Made by a program: the position numbers and the translations under genes
Notes under the pieces: model-generated
Databases searched by the model: none
Told to the model about the DNA's origin: nothing
The model's input: the letters and a program-made list of their open reading frames with translations, nothing else
Assembly (NCBI GenBank): GCA_028716745.1
Contig: JAQUPE010000002.1
Coordinates: forward strand, 29,819-93,818
Reading direction: 5' to 3'
Source of the DNA: Minisyncoccota bacterium
Lineage (GTDB): Bacteria; Patescibacteriota; Minisyncoccia; UBA6257; 02-FULL-45-10c
DNA: 64,000 nucleotides
Shown here: piece by piece, positions 46,503 to 55,496 of the stretch
Layout: each line of letters begins with the position of its first letter
How positions within the stretch are numbered: the first letter of the stretch is position 1

Positions 46503-46505
46503 AAT

Positions 46506-47339
46506 TTATATAATAGCCTCTATTTGAAGCCTCTTATTAGTATTATAACTCTTTATTAAAAATAATCTATTAAGGCACGATTTTAACATATCTAAATTCT
46601 TAATCGGATCCTTTCTTAGGCCGATTATCACAAATTCAAAGAAATAATCCAAAAATTTCGGATTTTCCTTCTGAATTTCAACTAAATCCTTTATAAATCT
46701 TGAACGGCCCGGGCTCTGAACATCCAAAAATTTTTCTGCGGATTTTTTAGCCTCAGCCATTAATGCATTTTCCAGCAAATCAACCGCCCTCCCCGCTCTG
46801 CCGCAAGAATCACCTGCCGCCTCGGCCGCTTTTTTCGCCCCCACGCCTCGGCTTTCAATTAAAAATTTTGCTATTTCTTCTTCGGAAGTTCGGCTAAAAT
46901 ATATTTTTTGCAAACGGGATAAAAGAGGCGGCAACAAATTTGCCGGCTGACTGGTAATTAAAATTATCAAAGCTCCCATGGGAGGCTCTTCGGCGATTTT
47001 TAAAATAGCGTTCTGCGCCTCCGGAGTTAATTTGTCTGCCTCATCAATAATTGCCATCCTCTTTGAAGAAAGCGCCGGTCTTTGCGATAAAAAAATCTTT
47101 GCCATTCTGGCAAGATCTATTCCTCCTCCTTCCCTATTTTTTTCGTTAATGGCTAATGAATCGCTTAAAATTCTTTCCGGCAAATCAAACTTTTTATTCT
47201 CCAAAAAATTAGCCAGGCTTCTGGCAAAAGTAAATTTTCCCACCTGCGGCTCTCCAAAAAAAATATAGCCGTGGGCCAGCTTTCCGCCCTCAGCCAATTT
47301 CTTAAAGTCTTCAATTAAATGCTGATTACCGATAAACAT
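46506..47339 (-). CDS. holB: DNA polymerase III delta-prime subunit
   Basis: HGYIFFGEPQVGK, IIDEADKLTPEAQNAILKIAEEPP, LLSR. Confidence 0.88.
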   Translation of the reverse strand: MFIGNQHLIEDFKKLAEGGKLAHGYIFFGEPQVGKFTFARSLANFLENKKFDLPERILSDSLAINEKNREGGGIDLARMAKIFLSQRPALSSKRMAIIDEADKLTPEAQNAILKIAEEPPMGALIILITSQPANLLPPLLSRLQKIYFSRTSEEEIAKFLIESRGVGAKKAAEAAGDSCGRAGRAVDLLENALMAEAKKSAEKFLDVQSPGRSRFIKDLVEIQKENPKFLDYFFEFVIIGLRKDPIKNLDMLKSCLNRLFLIKSYNTNKRLQIEAII

Positions 47340-47359
47340 ACTATCAGTATATGGCCCAA

Positions 47360-48367
47360 CTATCTTTTATTCAAAAGAGTCCTCTTATAAACGTCTAAGT
47401 GGCTCAAAATCAAACCTGCCCCCTTGGCTACGCAAAAAAGCGGCTCTTCGGCTATATAAGTCTCCACGCCGGTTACTCTCCTGAAAAATTCATCTATGTC
47501 TCTAAGCTGCGCTCCTCCGCCGGAAACAATAATTCCCTTCTCCATTATGTCAGCCACGAGCTCTGGAGGTGTTTTATTAAAAACATCCTGAACCGAACTG
47601 GCAATATCCATAAGCAAGGGATTTAAAGCCTCGGCAACCTCATTAGAATTAACAATAATATCTTTAGGAAGCCCCGAAACTAAATCTCTACCCCTGATTC
47701 TGAATTCCAATTTTTCTTTTGAAGGCAGAGCCGCGCCAATTTCTATTTTTACTGTTTCTGCCATCTGCTCTCCGATAACGAGAGAATATTTTCTTTTCAT
47801 ATAATCCATCACGGCCTGGTCAAACTTATTTCCCGCTACCCGCAAGCTGGACCAAGAAACAATTCCTCCCAAGGAAACTACAGCCACCTCAGAGGTTCCG
47901 CCGCCGATATTTATAATCATATTTCCAGAATAAGCATTTATCGGTATACCCGCTCCTAAAGCAGCTAAAATTGGCTCCTTTACGATATAAGCCTCCTTTG
48001 CGCCGGCCTCTCTGGCTGCATTAACAACCGCGCGCCTTTCGGTTTGGGTAATTCCTGCCGGAACGGAAATAACTACGTCCGGTTTAAAAATATTAAAACG
48101 GCTATTGGCTTTTGAAATAAAATATTTCAGCATCGCCTTTGTAATATAATAATCGGCGATAACTCCATCCTTCAGCGGACGATAAGCCATGATGTCATCA
48201 GGGGTTCGTCCAATCATTTCTTTTGCCTCTCTGCCTACCGCCAAAACTTCATTGCCGGGCAAACTCAAAGCAACGATTGTCGGCTCGTTGATAATAAATC
48301 CCTTACCCGGAACAAAAACTATTGTATTGGCTGTTCCTAAATCAATGCCTATCTTTTTAGTAAACAT
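47360..48367 (-). CDS. mreB: Second MreB/Mbl family actin homolog
   Basis: GIDLGTAN, NIGGGTSE, GGGAQL; start placed at MFTKK because TTGACA-17-TAAAAT lies upstream. Confidence 0.92.
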   Translation of the reverse strand: MFTKKIGIDLGTANTIVFVPGKGFIINEPTIVALSLPGNEVLAVGREAKEMIGRTPDDIMAYRPLKDGVIADYYITKAMLKYFISKANSRFNIFKPDVVISVPAGITQTERRAVVNAAREAGAKEAYIVKEPILAALGAGIPINAYSGNMIINIGGGTSEVAVVSLGGIVSWSSLRVAGNKFDQAVMDYMKRKYSLVIGEQMAETVKIEIGAALPSKEKLEFRIRGRDLVSGLPKDIIVNSNEVAEALNPLLMDIASSVQDVFNKTPPELVADIMEKGIIVSGGGAQLRDIDEFFRRVTGVETYIAEEPLFCVAKGAGLILSHLDVYKRTLLNKR

Positions 48368-48489
48368 GGTATTTAAACTTCCACTAATTTTATACATTTT
48401 TAGAGCGAGTGTCAAAAATCGGCATTAAAGCAAAAACTGCCCTAAAAACTCCATTTGATAATAAATCTCTTTTAAATTATAAATAAGCT

Positions 48490-49830
48490 ATGACTATAAA
48501 AGTGCGAAAAATGCTCCTTTCACTATTTGTAATTCTTTTCTTGATTTTAGGAGGAGTTCTTATTTTATATTCCAATGGATGGATTTTTGATTTTGGGACT
48601 TTAAAATTCAGCCGCCTTGGAGCTGTTTATATTGAAACAGAAACCGATAATTTTCAGATGAAAATCGGAAAAAACGAGATAAATATAAACCCGGGACTTT
48701 TTCAAAACGGCGTTCTCGTTGCCAATCTTGTTCCAAAAAATTACAGGCTGGAAATCACAAAAGAAAATTATCAAAGCTGGACTAAAGATATAAGAGTAAA
48801 ACCTTCGCTGGTCGTCAGAACTTATCCAATCGTTCTTTTCCCTAACAAATGGGTACCGGAAGAAATATATAAAAATACTTCCGATTTTAATATAGGCTCT
48901 AGATATATATTCAGAAAAACATTGTCCGGAAAATTAATGATTAATAATACGGCTTCCAACGGCGATGAGTTTATTGATTGGCTTTATGGAGGAAGTCTTG
49001 CCCTAACCAAAGATACGGCTAAAAACGTTTATTTTGTAATAAATCCTAAACAAAAAAACACCGCTCTTAATATAAATCTCATTTTTAATAACTTAAAAGA
49101 AGGTATTTCTATGCGCGACTCCGACAATAATCCTAAAATAATCCCTCACCCCTATGACGGGAACAAGCTGATAGTAAGCACCATTAACCGCATCTATATG
49201 ATAGATATAGCCAGATTTACTATTCAAACTATCTCTAAAGAACCGGGCTCTATTATCTTGGCAAAGAATAAAAAGCTGTTTTTAATGAAAAAATCGGGAA
49301 TTTATTCGCTGGATCTTTCTTCAAAAACCGAAAAGCTTATTACTGCCGAAATAGCCGAAAAACCGGAATTAGCCGACCTTTCTCCAGATTCAGAAACTCT
49401 GGCATTATTGGCCGGGAAAAAATTGTTCTTAATAAATCTTGCCGAACCTAAAGTGAGCCAAGCCGCCTCCTCGGTATCCTATTTTAAATTTTCTCCAGAC
49501 GGAGAAAAGATCGCCTTTCTAGAAAATAATAATCTTATAAAAATATTATTCTTAAAAGACCAGGCAAAAGTAGTCCCTCAAAAATCAGGAGCCATTTGCT
49601 CTCTTGGGGCATATTCTTTGGAGCAAGATCATCCGTTCGAATGGTATCATAATTCTGCTTATTTGCTGACAAAACATTCAAACAAACTTCATCTTTTAGA
49701 AATTGACGATAGATCGCTGATAAATCAGCAAGATATAAATATAGATCTCGGAAAATATTTTTATGATGACGAAGATAATTACGTTTATTTCATCTCTTCC
49801 GGAAGCTTAAATAAAATCCAGTTTGATTAA
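48490..49830 (+). CDS. Membrane-anchored PEGA-like plus beta-propeller (TolB/WD40-like) protein
   Basis: N-terminal TM helix; NLVPKNYRLEITKENYQSWTK (PEGA-like); LSPD and FSPDG repeats. Confidence 0.65.
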   Translation: MTIKVRKMLLSLFVILFLILGGVLILYSNGWIFDFGTLKFSRLGAVYIETETDNFQMKIGKNEININPGLFQNGVLVANLVPKNYRLEITKENYQSWTKDIRVKPSLVVRTYPIVLFPNKWVPEEIYKNTSDFNIGSRYIFRKTLSGKLMINNTASNGDEFIDWLYGGSLALTKDTAKNVYFVINPKQKNTALNINLIFNNLKEGISMRDSDNNPKIIPHPYDGNKLIVSTINRIYMIDIARFTIQTISKEPGSIILAKNKKLFLMKKSGIYSLDLSSKTEKLITAEIAEKPELADLSPDSETLALLAGKKLFLINLAEPKVSQAASSVSYFKFSPDGEKIAFLENNNLIKILFLKDQAKVVPQKSGAICSLGAYSLEQDHPFEWYHNSAYLLTKHSNKLHLLEIDDRSLINQQDINIDLGKYFYDDEDNYVYFISSGSLNKIQFD

Positions 49831-49834
49831 AAAT

Positions 49835-49866
49835 AAAATGCCACGGATATAATCCGTGGCATTTTT
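49835..49866. terminator. Bidirectional terminator
   Basis: AAAATGCCACGGAT-ATA-ATCCGTGGCATTTTT. Confidence 0.8.
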
Positions 49867-49885
49867 CTTTATTCTCCAAAAATGA

Positions 49886-50012
49886 GGTTATATTGTTTTC
49901 GATAACCCGTGAGTCGTTTCGGCATGGTGTCCGACTGCGGTCGGACCGAAACGACGAGCAATAGCGAGCGAATCGCTGGATTCGCGAAGCGGGTTGAGAA
50001 AATAATGTAACC
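49886..50012. repeat. Branched palindromic (REP/MITE-like) element just downstream of rpsI
   Basis: Outer IR GGTTATATTGTTTTC..AACCCG / CGGGTT..GAAAATAATGTAACC encloses GTCGTTTCGG/CCGAAACGAC, GTCCGAC/GTCGGAC and GCGAATC/GATTCGC. Confidence 0.7.
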
Positions 50013-50015
50013 GAA

Positions 50016-50474
50016 TTACCTTTTGGCCCATTGAGGAGCACGGCGCGCTTTTCTCAAGCCGTACTTCTTTCTTTCAACCATTCTGGAATCGCGGGTCAAA
50101 TAACCCATCTTTCTCAAGCGCTTTCTTAATTCTTCATCAAACTTAACCAACGCCCTGGCCATTCCCATGCGTATTGCGCCTGCCTGTCCGGATAATCCTC
50201 CGCCATTAACCATTACGGTAACGCCGAATTTTTCCGCTCCCTTGGCAACATCCAAAGAAGACAAAACTATTTCCTGCTCCTTTTGGCCTTTAAAATATTC
50301 CTTAAAATCCTTTCCGTTTATGGTAAATCCGGTATGTCCGGCTGTTATTCTTACCCTGGCGGTAGAAGTTTTTCTGCGTCCTATTCCTTCAATATATCTT
50401 TTCTTTGACTGATCTTTTTTATCTTTGGAAGCTGGGCTCGCTGCGCCTACGGCTTCTTTTTTGGTCTTTGGCAT
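50016..50474 (-). CDS. rpsI: 30S ribosomal protein S9
   Basis: GRRKTSTARV, GGGLSGQAGAIR, LTRDSRMVERKKYG. Confidence 0.97.
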   Translation of the reverse strand: MPKTKKEAVGAASPASKDKKDQSKKRYIEGIGRRKTSTARVRITAGHTGFTINGKDFKEYFKGQKEQEIVLSSLDVAKGAEKFGVTVMVNGGGLSGQAGAIRMGMARALVKFDEELRKRLRKMGYLTRDSRMVERKKYGLRKARRAPQWAKR

Positions 50475-50478
50475 AATT

Positions 50479-50820
50479 TTATTTTTCTATTATTAATCTC
50501 CTCATTCTTTTCGCCCTTAAAAAATTCTTAGGAAGCATCCTCTCAACGGCCAGCTGCAAAACCTTTGCCGGAGATTTCTCAAACATTTCCTTAAGCTTTG
50601 TTTCCTTTAAATGGCCCATATATCCCGTATGCCTATAATAAATCTTTTTGGTTTCCTTTCCTCCGGAAAACTGAAGCTGATCAACATTTTTCACAGTCAC
50701 AGTGCCCTCTCCGGCTAATCTCGGATTATAATGAGGATTTTTCTTCCCCTGCAAAATAACCGCTATTTCAGAGGCTACTCTTCCCAGTCTTTTGCTTTTA
50801 GCGTCGATTATATAATCCAT
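50479..50820 (-). CDS. rplM: 50S ribosomal protein L13
   Basis: IDA..LGRVAS, YYRHTGYMG, MLPKN. Confidence 0.95.
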   Translation of the reverse strand: MDYIIDAKSKRLGRVASEIAVILQGKKNPHYNPRLAGEGTVTVKNVDQLQFSGGKETKKIYYRHTGYMGHLKETKLKEMFEKSPAKVLQLAVERMLPKNFLRAKRMRRLIIEK

Positions 50821-50824
50821 AAAT

Positions 50825-51157
50825 CTATACGAATTCTATTAATGCTTTTTTCGCAGCATCGCGCTTGCGAACTCCAAAAATCTTGATGACTCTAAGCTGA
50901 CCGGAGCTTCTCTCTTTGTATTTAGGACCGATAGTATAAAAAAGCTTATTAGCCGCATCTTTTGGCAAACGAGCAAGCAATGTCCTATGAGCCGCAAGAG
51001 TATTTTTTCTGGCAACAGAAACAAGCTTTTCAAGAAAAGATTTTAATTCCTTTGCCCTGGCCTCCGTAGTCACAACTTTCTCTTTCATTATTAAATTGTG
51101 GGCCATGACTTTCATAAAAGACTTTCTCGGCCCTTTCGTTCTGTGAAACTTTCTCAT
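50825..51157 (-). CDS. rplQ: 50S ribosomal protein L17
   Basis: TTEARAKEL, R..G.LR, R.RDAA..ALIEFV. Confidence 0.93.
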   Translation of the reverse strand: MRKFHRTKGPRKSFMKVMAHNLIMKEKVVTTEARAKELKSFLEKLVSVARKNTLAAHRTLLARLPKDAANKLFYTIGPKYKERSSGQLRVIKIFGVRKRDAAKKALIEFV

Positions 51158-51159
51158 TT

Positions 51160-51924
51160 TTATTTCTTTGTTTTCTTTTTGGTTTTTGTTTTAGCAGCCT
51201 TCTTTTCTTCTTCTGGCGCTGCAATTTCTTTAACTTCTACTTTAGAAATTTTCTCAAAATGATCATATAAAATATGGCTGGACTTGTGCAAGGCATGAGA
51301 CGGCGTAATGCTTCCGTCTGTTTTTATTTCCAATTTCAAACGATTGTAATCGGTCCTGTCTCCTACGCGCATATTTTCCACCGAAAAATTAACTTTTATA
51401 ACGGGAGAGAAAAATGCGTCAAGCGCAACAGTTCCTATAGATAATTTTTCCGATTTTCTTTCTTCTACCGGAACATATCCCAAGCCGGTTTCCACCTTAA
51501 ATTCCATATCTAATTCCGCTCCTTTAGTCGTCAAAGTAGCGATATGAACATCAGGAGTAATTACTTCAATCTCCGCATTAGTTTCTATATCGGCGGCCGT
51601 AACCTCTCTTTCTCCCTTAACTTTCAGGGTTAAAGTCTGCGCCTCCTTAGAATGAATTCTAAATCTTATTTTCTTTAAATTAAGGCTGATTTCCACTACG
51701 TCCTCCATAACATCCGGCACTGTAGAAAATTCATGATTGATACCCTTAATTTTAAACTGAGTAATAACCGCTCCAGGCAAAGAAGAAAGCAATGTTCTCC
51801 TTAAAGCATTTCCGACGGTTAATCCATAACCGCTGTAAAGTCCTTCTATTTCAAAAACGCCGTCTGTTTCGGTTTCTGAAACTTTTTTAATTCCTACTGA
51901 CTCACTTAAATAAGCAAATTCCAT
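51160..51924 (-). CDS. rpoA: RNA polymerase alpha subunit, NTD only
   Basis: GYGLTVGNALRRTLLSSLPG, HEFST, DAFFSPV, RTDYNRL; ends at 254 aa in a Lys-rich tail. Confidence 0.95.
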   Translation of the reverse strand: MEFAYLSESVGIKKVSETETDGVFEIEGLYSGYGLTVGNALRRTLLSSLPGAVITQFKIKGINHEFSTVPDVMEDVVEISLNLKKIRFRIHSKEAQTLTLKVKGEREVTAADIETNAEIEVITPDVHIATLTTKGAELDMEFKVETGLGYVPVEERKSEKLSIGTVALDAFFSPVIKVNFSVENMRVGDRTDYNRLKLEIKTDGSITPSHALHKSSHILYDHFEKISKVEVKEIAAPEEEKKAAKTKTKKKTKK

Positions 51925-51949
51925 ATTTTTTATTTAAATTAATTTAATT

Positions 51950-52567
51950 TTATTGTTTTGAATAATAATCGACGACCATATTAATATCGAAAGGCATTTC
52001 AAATTCTTTAGGCAAATCAACAATTTTGCCTTCAAATTTGTCATTATCAAGAAGAATCCATACCGGAGTTTCTTGCTTCTTCATTGTAGCATTTAAATCC
52101 TTAAAAACCGGATTATCTTTAGATTGAGGCCTTATAGAAATTTTATCTCCTACTTTAACGGAAAAAGACGGTATAGTTACCTTCTTTCCGTTTACCATAA
52201 TATGGCCATGGCCAACCAGCTGTCTTGCAACAGACCTGGACGAAGCCAAACCGAGACGAAATACCACGTTGTCCAATCTTCTTTCTAACAGCTGCAAAAT
52301 AACATCTCCCGTTACGCCAGGATTTTTGGAAGCCTCCCAAAATAACCTCTTCATCTGAGATTCTCTTAAGCCGTAGCTAAATCTTATTTTTTGTTTTTCA
52401 GCCAATTGCTGGCCATATTCGGAAAGAGTCCTTCTCCTTCCCTTCCCATGCTGGCCTGGACGCTGCGGACGCCTGATGGTAACGCATTTCGGAGAATTAC
52501 AACGAGTGCCCTTCAAAAAAAGCTTTACTCCTAATGATCTTTCTTTTTTTTCTCTTGTATCAAACAT
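51950..52567 (-). CDS. rpsD: 30S ribosomal protein S4
   Basis: SEYGQQLAEKQK, LERRLDNVVFRLG, ARQLVGHGH. Confidence 0.97.
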   Translation of the reverse strand: MFDTREKKERSLGVKLFLKGTRCNSPKCVTIRRPQRPGQHGKGRRRTLSEYGQQLAEKQKIRFSYGLRESQMKRLFWEASKNPGVTGDVILQLLERRLDNVVFRLGLASSRSVARQLVGHGHIMVNGKKVTIPSFSVKVGDKISIRPQSKDNPVFKDLNATMKKQETPVWILLDNDKFEGKIVDLPKEFEMPFDINMVVDYYSKQ

Positions 52568-52573
52568 AAAAAA

Positions 52574-53005
52574 TTAAACTCTTCTTATTTTTTTAGGCTT
52601 CGGACCATTATGAGGAATCGGCGTAATGTCGCTGACTGATAAAATATTAAATCCCTGATTAGCCAAAGAACGGATGGCCGAATCTCTGCCGCTGCTCACG
52701 CCATTTACATAAACATCGATATCCATCGGTCCGGTTTTCTTTAATTTTTCCGCTAAAGCCGTAACTACCTTTGAGGCTGCAAAAGGAGTCGCCTTTTTAG
52801 GTCCGGCGAATCCAAGAGATCCCGCCGAAGCCCAAGCAACCAAATTACCCTTATCATCAGTTACCGAAATAAGCGTATTGTTATACGAAGATTTGATATA
52901 AACTCTTCCTTTATCTATTCTCTTTGCAGACTTGGAAGATTTGGCCGGAGCAGCCTCTTTCAAATTTTCGTCTTGAGTTTTTTGCGCTACTTTTACTTTT
53001 CCCAT
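52574..53005 (-). CDS. rpsK: 30S ribosomal protein S11
   Basis: SYNNT, KKATPFAA, DITPIPHNG. Confidence 0.97.
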   Translation of the reverse strand: MGKVKVAQKTQDENLKEAAPAKSSKSAKRIDKGRVYIKSSYNNTLISVTDDKGNLVAWASAGSLGFAGPKKATPFAASKVVTALAEKLKKTGPMDIDVYVNGVSSGRDSAIRSLANQGFNILSVSDITPIPHNGPKPKKIRRV

Positions 53006-53009
53006 AATT

Positions 53010-53393
53010 TTATTTCAATTCAGTTTTTCTCTTACCGCTTCCGGCTGTCTTTCTGACGTTGCCGCGAATAGTTCTAGAATTAGTTTTGGTTCTCTGACCG
53101 CGAACCGGCAAACGCCTCATATGGCGATTACCCCTATATGTCTGCATGTCCTTTAATAAATTGATGTTCTGTTTTATTATCTGCCTCAATTCTCCTTCCA
53201 CTTTATAATTTTTTTCTATAAACTCTTTCAATTTTCCAATTTCATCCTGAGTCAGCTGGCTGGCTTTTTTTCCCAAATCTATTCCTGTTTTTATTAAAAT
53301 GTGGCGCGCCAAAGACGGGCCTACTCCGTAGATATATCTTAAGGATACGTCTATCCTTTTATTGTCCGGTATGTTTATTCCTACGATTCTCAT
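53010..53393 (-). CDS. rpsM: 30S ribosomal protein S13
   Basis: IYGVG, YRGNRH..LPVRGQRTKTN. Confidence 0.97.
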   Translation of the reverse strand: MRIVGINIPDNKRIDVSLRYIYGVGPSLARHILIKTGIDLGKKASQLTQDEIGKLKEFIEKNYKVEGELRQIIKQNINLLKDMQTYRGNRHMRRLPVRGQRTKTNSRTIRGNVRKTAGSGKRKTELK

Positions 53394-53395
53394 TT

Positions 53396-53509
53396 TTAGC
53401 CTTGCCTTTGTTTATGTTTAATTATTTTACAAATAATATAAAGCCGTCCTTTTCTTCTGACGACTTTACAATTTTTACAAATTTTTTTAACTGAAGATCT
53501 TACTTTCAT
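53396..53509 (-). CDS. rpmJ: 50S ribosomal protein L36 (not in the ORF track)
   Basis: Hand-translated [37 protein letters not shown]. Confidence 0.96.
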   Translation of the reverse strand: MKVRSSVKKICKNCKVVRRKGRLYIICKIIKHKQRQG

Positions 53510-53569
53510 TTTCTTAAATGACTATTAAGAGTAGCAAAACTTGCGCCTAAGCGCAAATTTCAAAAAATC

Positions 53570-53779
53570 CTACAATCTCCTGATTATCCTGCCTTTAGTT
53601 TCATCATAAGAACTGACTTCCATAGTAACTCTGTCTCCTGGCAAAATCTTTATATAATGCATCCTCATTTTGCCAGCAAGATGAGCCAAAACGGTTTTGT
53701 CTCCGCATTTAACCCTAAAAGTTGTTCCCGGAAGAGCTTCTTCAACTATTCCTTCCACCTTCTTAACCGATTCATTCAT
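53570..53779 (-). CDS. infA: Translation initiation factor IF-1
   Basis: [29 protein letters not shown]. Confidence 0.96.
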   Translation of the reverse strand: MNESVKKVEGIVEEALPGTTFRVKCGDKTVLAHLAGKMRMHYIKILPGDRVTMEVSSYDETKGRIIRRL

Positions 53780-53818
53780 AAAAATAGGATAAGTAAAAAT
53801 ATAACATAGCTCCCCAGC

Positions 53819-55408
53819 CTAGTCAATCGTAATATCTATCTTTTTCTCGTTCAACGGCACCTTGCTTACCCACACCGGCCATAAGTTAATAGTCATATTT
53901 TCAAGGCCCGGCAAGGAAAGAATCGCCTCCTTAAGCTTGGCCTGGGACTGGCCGACAATCTTCTCGCGCAATTGTTCAACATCGATCTTTTTTCTAAGCA
54001 CGGATTTAAAATCAACCGGGAAGCTCATTCTTCCGGCGGCAAAGTCCCCTCTCACTAATCCATATTCCAAACTTGATTCTTTAATTTCATATTCCTGTCC
54101 TTTTTCTTTCAATGCTCTCTCTATCAATAAACTTTTCAAGTCTTCTTCTTTAAAAACTATCGCTGTCATCTGAGCCTCTTCAAAAACAGAAAAATTATTA
54201 TCTTTATCGGCTTCTTCTTTTACGGTTTGATTCAAAACGCTGAAATTGACCGCGCCATCCAAAATTTTAAAATCTGGAGGAATCTGAGAATAAACCTCTG
54301 TCTTTAATTCGCTCTCGAGCATCTGGCTTAATTTATCTTTTGCGCTCTTAATATCAGCAGCCGTCGGATAAGAAACTTCTCCGACAAATCCTCCGCTCAT
54401 TGCCTCTTTTGATTCCCCATAAAATGCTTGGTACTTTGCAGTGCCTTTAAATCCAGGAATAGTAAAAAGTTTTGCGGGACCAATATTATAATCAACTCCG
54501 GCTTTCTCCGCGACAACATCTATTTCTAAGCTGGAAGGAACAATTTTCCCCTCAACTATATCCGCGCCCGGAACCGTCACGCTCTTCACAGAAAAAAATA
54601 TTTTTCCTTCCGGAGAAGCGAACCTTGTTTCTTTTATCAGCGGCTGAGCCTTCGTGCTATAGCCGTTATAAACAATTATTTTACCCTTTGCTTTATTCTC
54701 AACCTGTTTCTTTCCCGTAGCCTGAGCCTTTATTTCAAAATTTTTCTTCTGGGTAAATGTTTGCCCTGGAATAGCCACTTCCGACGATCCGGTTCTTGCC
54801 ACTTTTTCCACAATAACAGAATTATTATAGGCCCAGCTGGTTTTTGCGGTTAACAGCTTAATCTCGGCATGAGGCAATACCCTGAAAGCCAAAAAATAAA
54901 CCACTCCCAGCACCAAAACTGCCGTTATAAGCTTTAAAACCGTCCTGACGGTAGACATAAAAAACCCTTCCCGGTTTTCCGATTCATTTTCATCTTCGTC
55001 ATCGTCTTCTTCCTCCTCCTCTTCTTTTTCTTCTTCAATTTCAATAATCGGTTTTATTTCTATCGGCTCTCTCTTTGCTTCTTTTTTATTTTTTTTCTTA
55101 AACTTTTTTGTTTCCGGCTCTTCCCGATCGGCTTCTTTAGAAAACTCCGGCATAAAAGGATTTATTGCTTCCAGCCCGCTGGCTTTTGCATATTCAATAG
55201 ATTTATTATCAACTGTTTCTACTAAAACTTTTTTGTTTAAAATATCAGCCTCTCTTTTCAGCAAGCGAAAGTTGCTCGCTGATTCTCCAAAGTGGGAAAA
55301 ACGAGGAATTATTAAAGTAATCTCTTGGCAATCCGCGTCAATAATTTTTTCTATGACTACCGCAATCTCTTCGTCCTTGCCTACATTTATTTTTCTCGGT
55401 TCGTGCAT
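53819..55408 (-). CDS. Conserved CPR-type bitopic protein (cytoplasmic N-domain, acidic linker, TM, baseplate-J-like extracellular region)
   Basis: Poly-E/D linker, one TM helix, KAKGKIIVYN..TRF..G..F, G.DYNI, MSGG; start placed at MHEP. Family by recalled resemblance. Confidence 0.6.
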   Translation of the reverse strand: MHEPRKINVGKDEEIAVVIEKIIDADCQEITLIIPRFSHFGESASNFRLLKREADILNKKVLVETVDNKSIEYAKASGLEAINPFMPEFSKEADREEPETKKFKKKNKKEAKREPIEIKPIIEIEEEKEEEEEEDDDEDENESENREGFFMSTVRTVLKLITAVLVLGVVYFLAFRVLPHAEIKLLTAKTSWAYNNSVIVEKVARTGSSEVAIPGQTFTQKKNFEIKAQATGKKQVENKAKGKIIVYNGYSTKAQPLIKETRFASPEGKIFFSVKSVTVPGADIVEGKIVPSSLEIDVVAEKAGVDYNIGPAKLFTIPGFKGTAKYQAFYGESKEAMSGGFVGEVSYPTAADIKSAKDKLSQMLESELKTEVYSQIPPDFKILDGAVNFSVLNQTVKEEADKDNNFSVFEEAQMTAIVFKEEDLKSLLIERALKEKGQEYEIKESSLEYGLVRGDFAAGRMSFPVDFKSVLRKKIDVEQLREKIVGQSQAKLKEAILSLPGLENMTINLWPVWVSKVPLNEKKIDITID

Positions 55409-55439
55409 ATATATAAATTGTATCTTAAATTTAACAAAC

Positions 55440-55468
55440 AAAAAAGCGGCTGTGGACAACCCTGCCGC
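55440..55468 (-). terminator. Terminator after alaS
   Basis: GCGGC/GCCGC stem plus a U-tract on the minus strand. Confidence 0.55.
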
Positions 55469-55496
55469 CTTTTATAATCCATTATTTCCCTCCTAC

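Noticed and set aside
49790-50041. 83-aa minus-strand ORF after rpsI
   Set aside because: It runs through the palindromic element and terminator and overlaps two real genes.
55450-55458. DnaA-box-like TGTGGACAA (also TGTTGATAA at 13380-13388)
   Set aside because: Isolated single boxes inside a terminator loop or a promoter; no cluster suggesting oriC.
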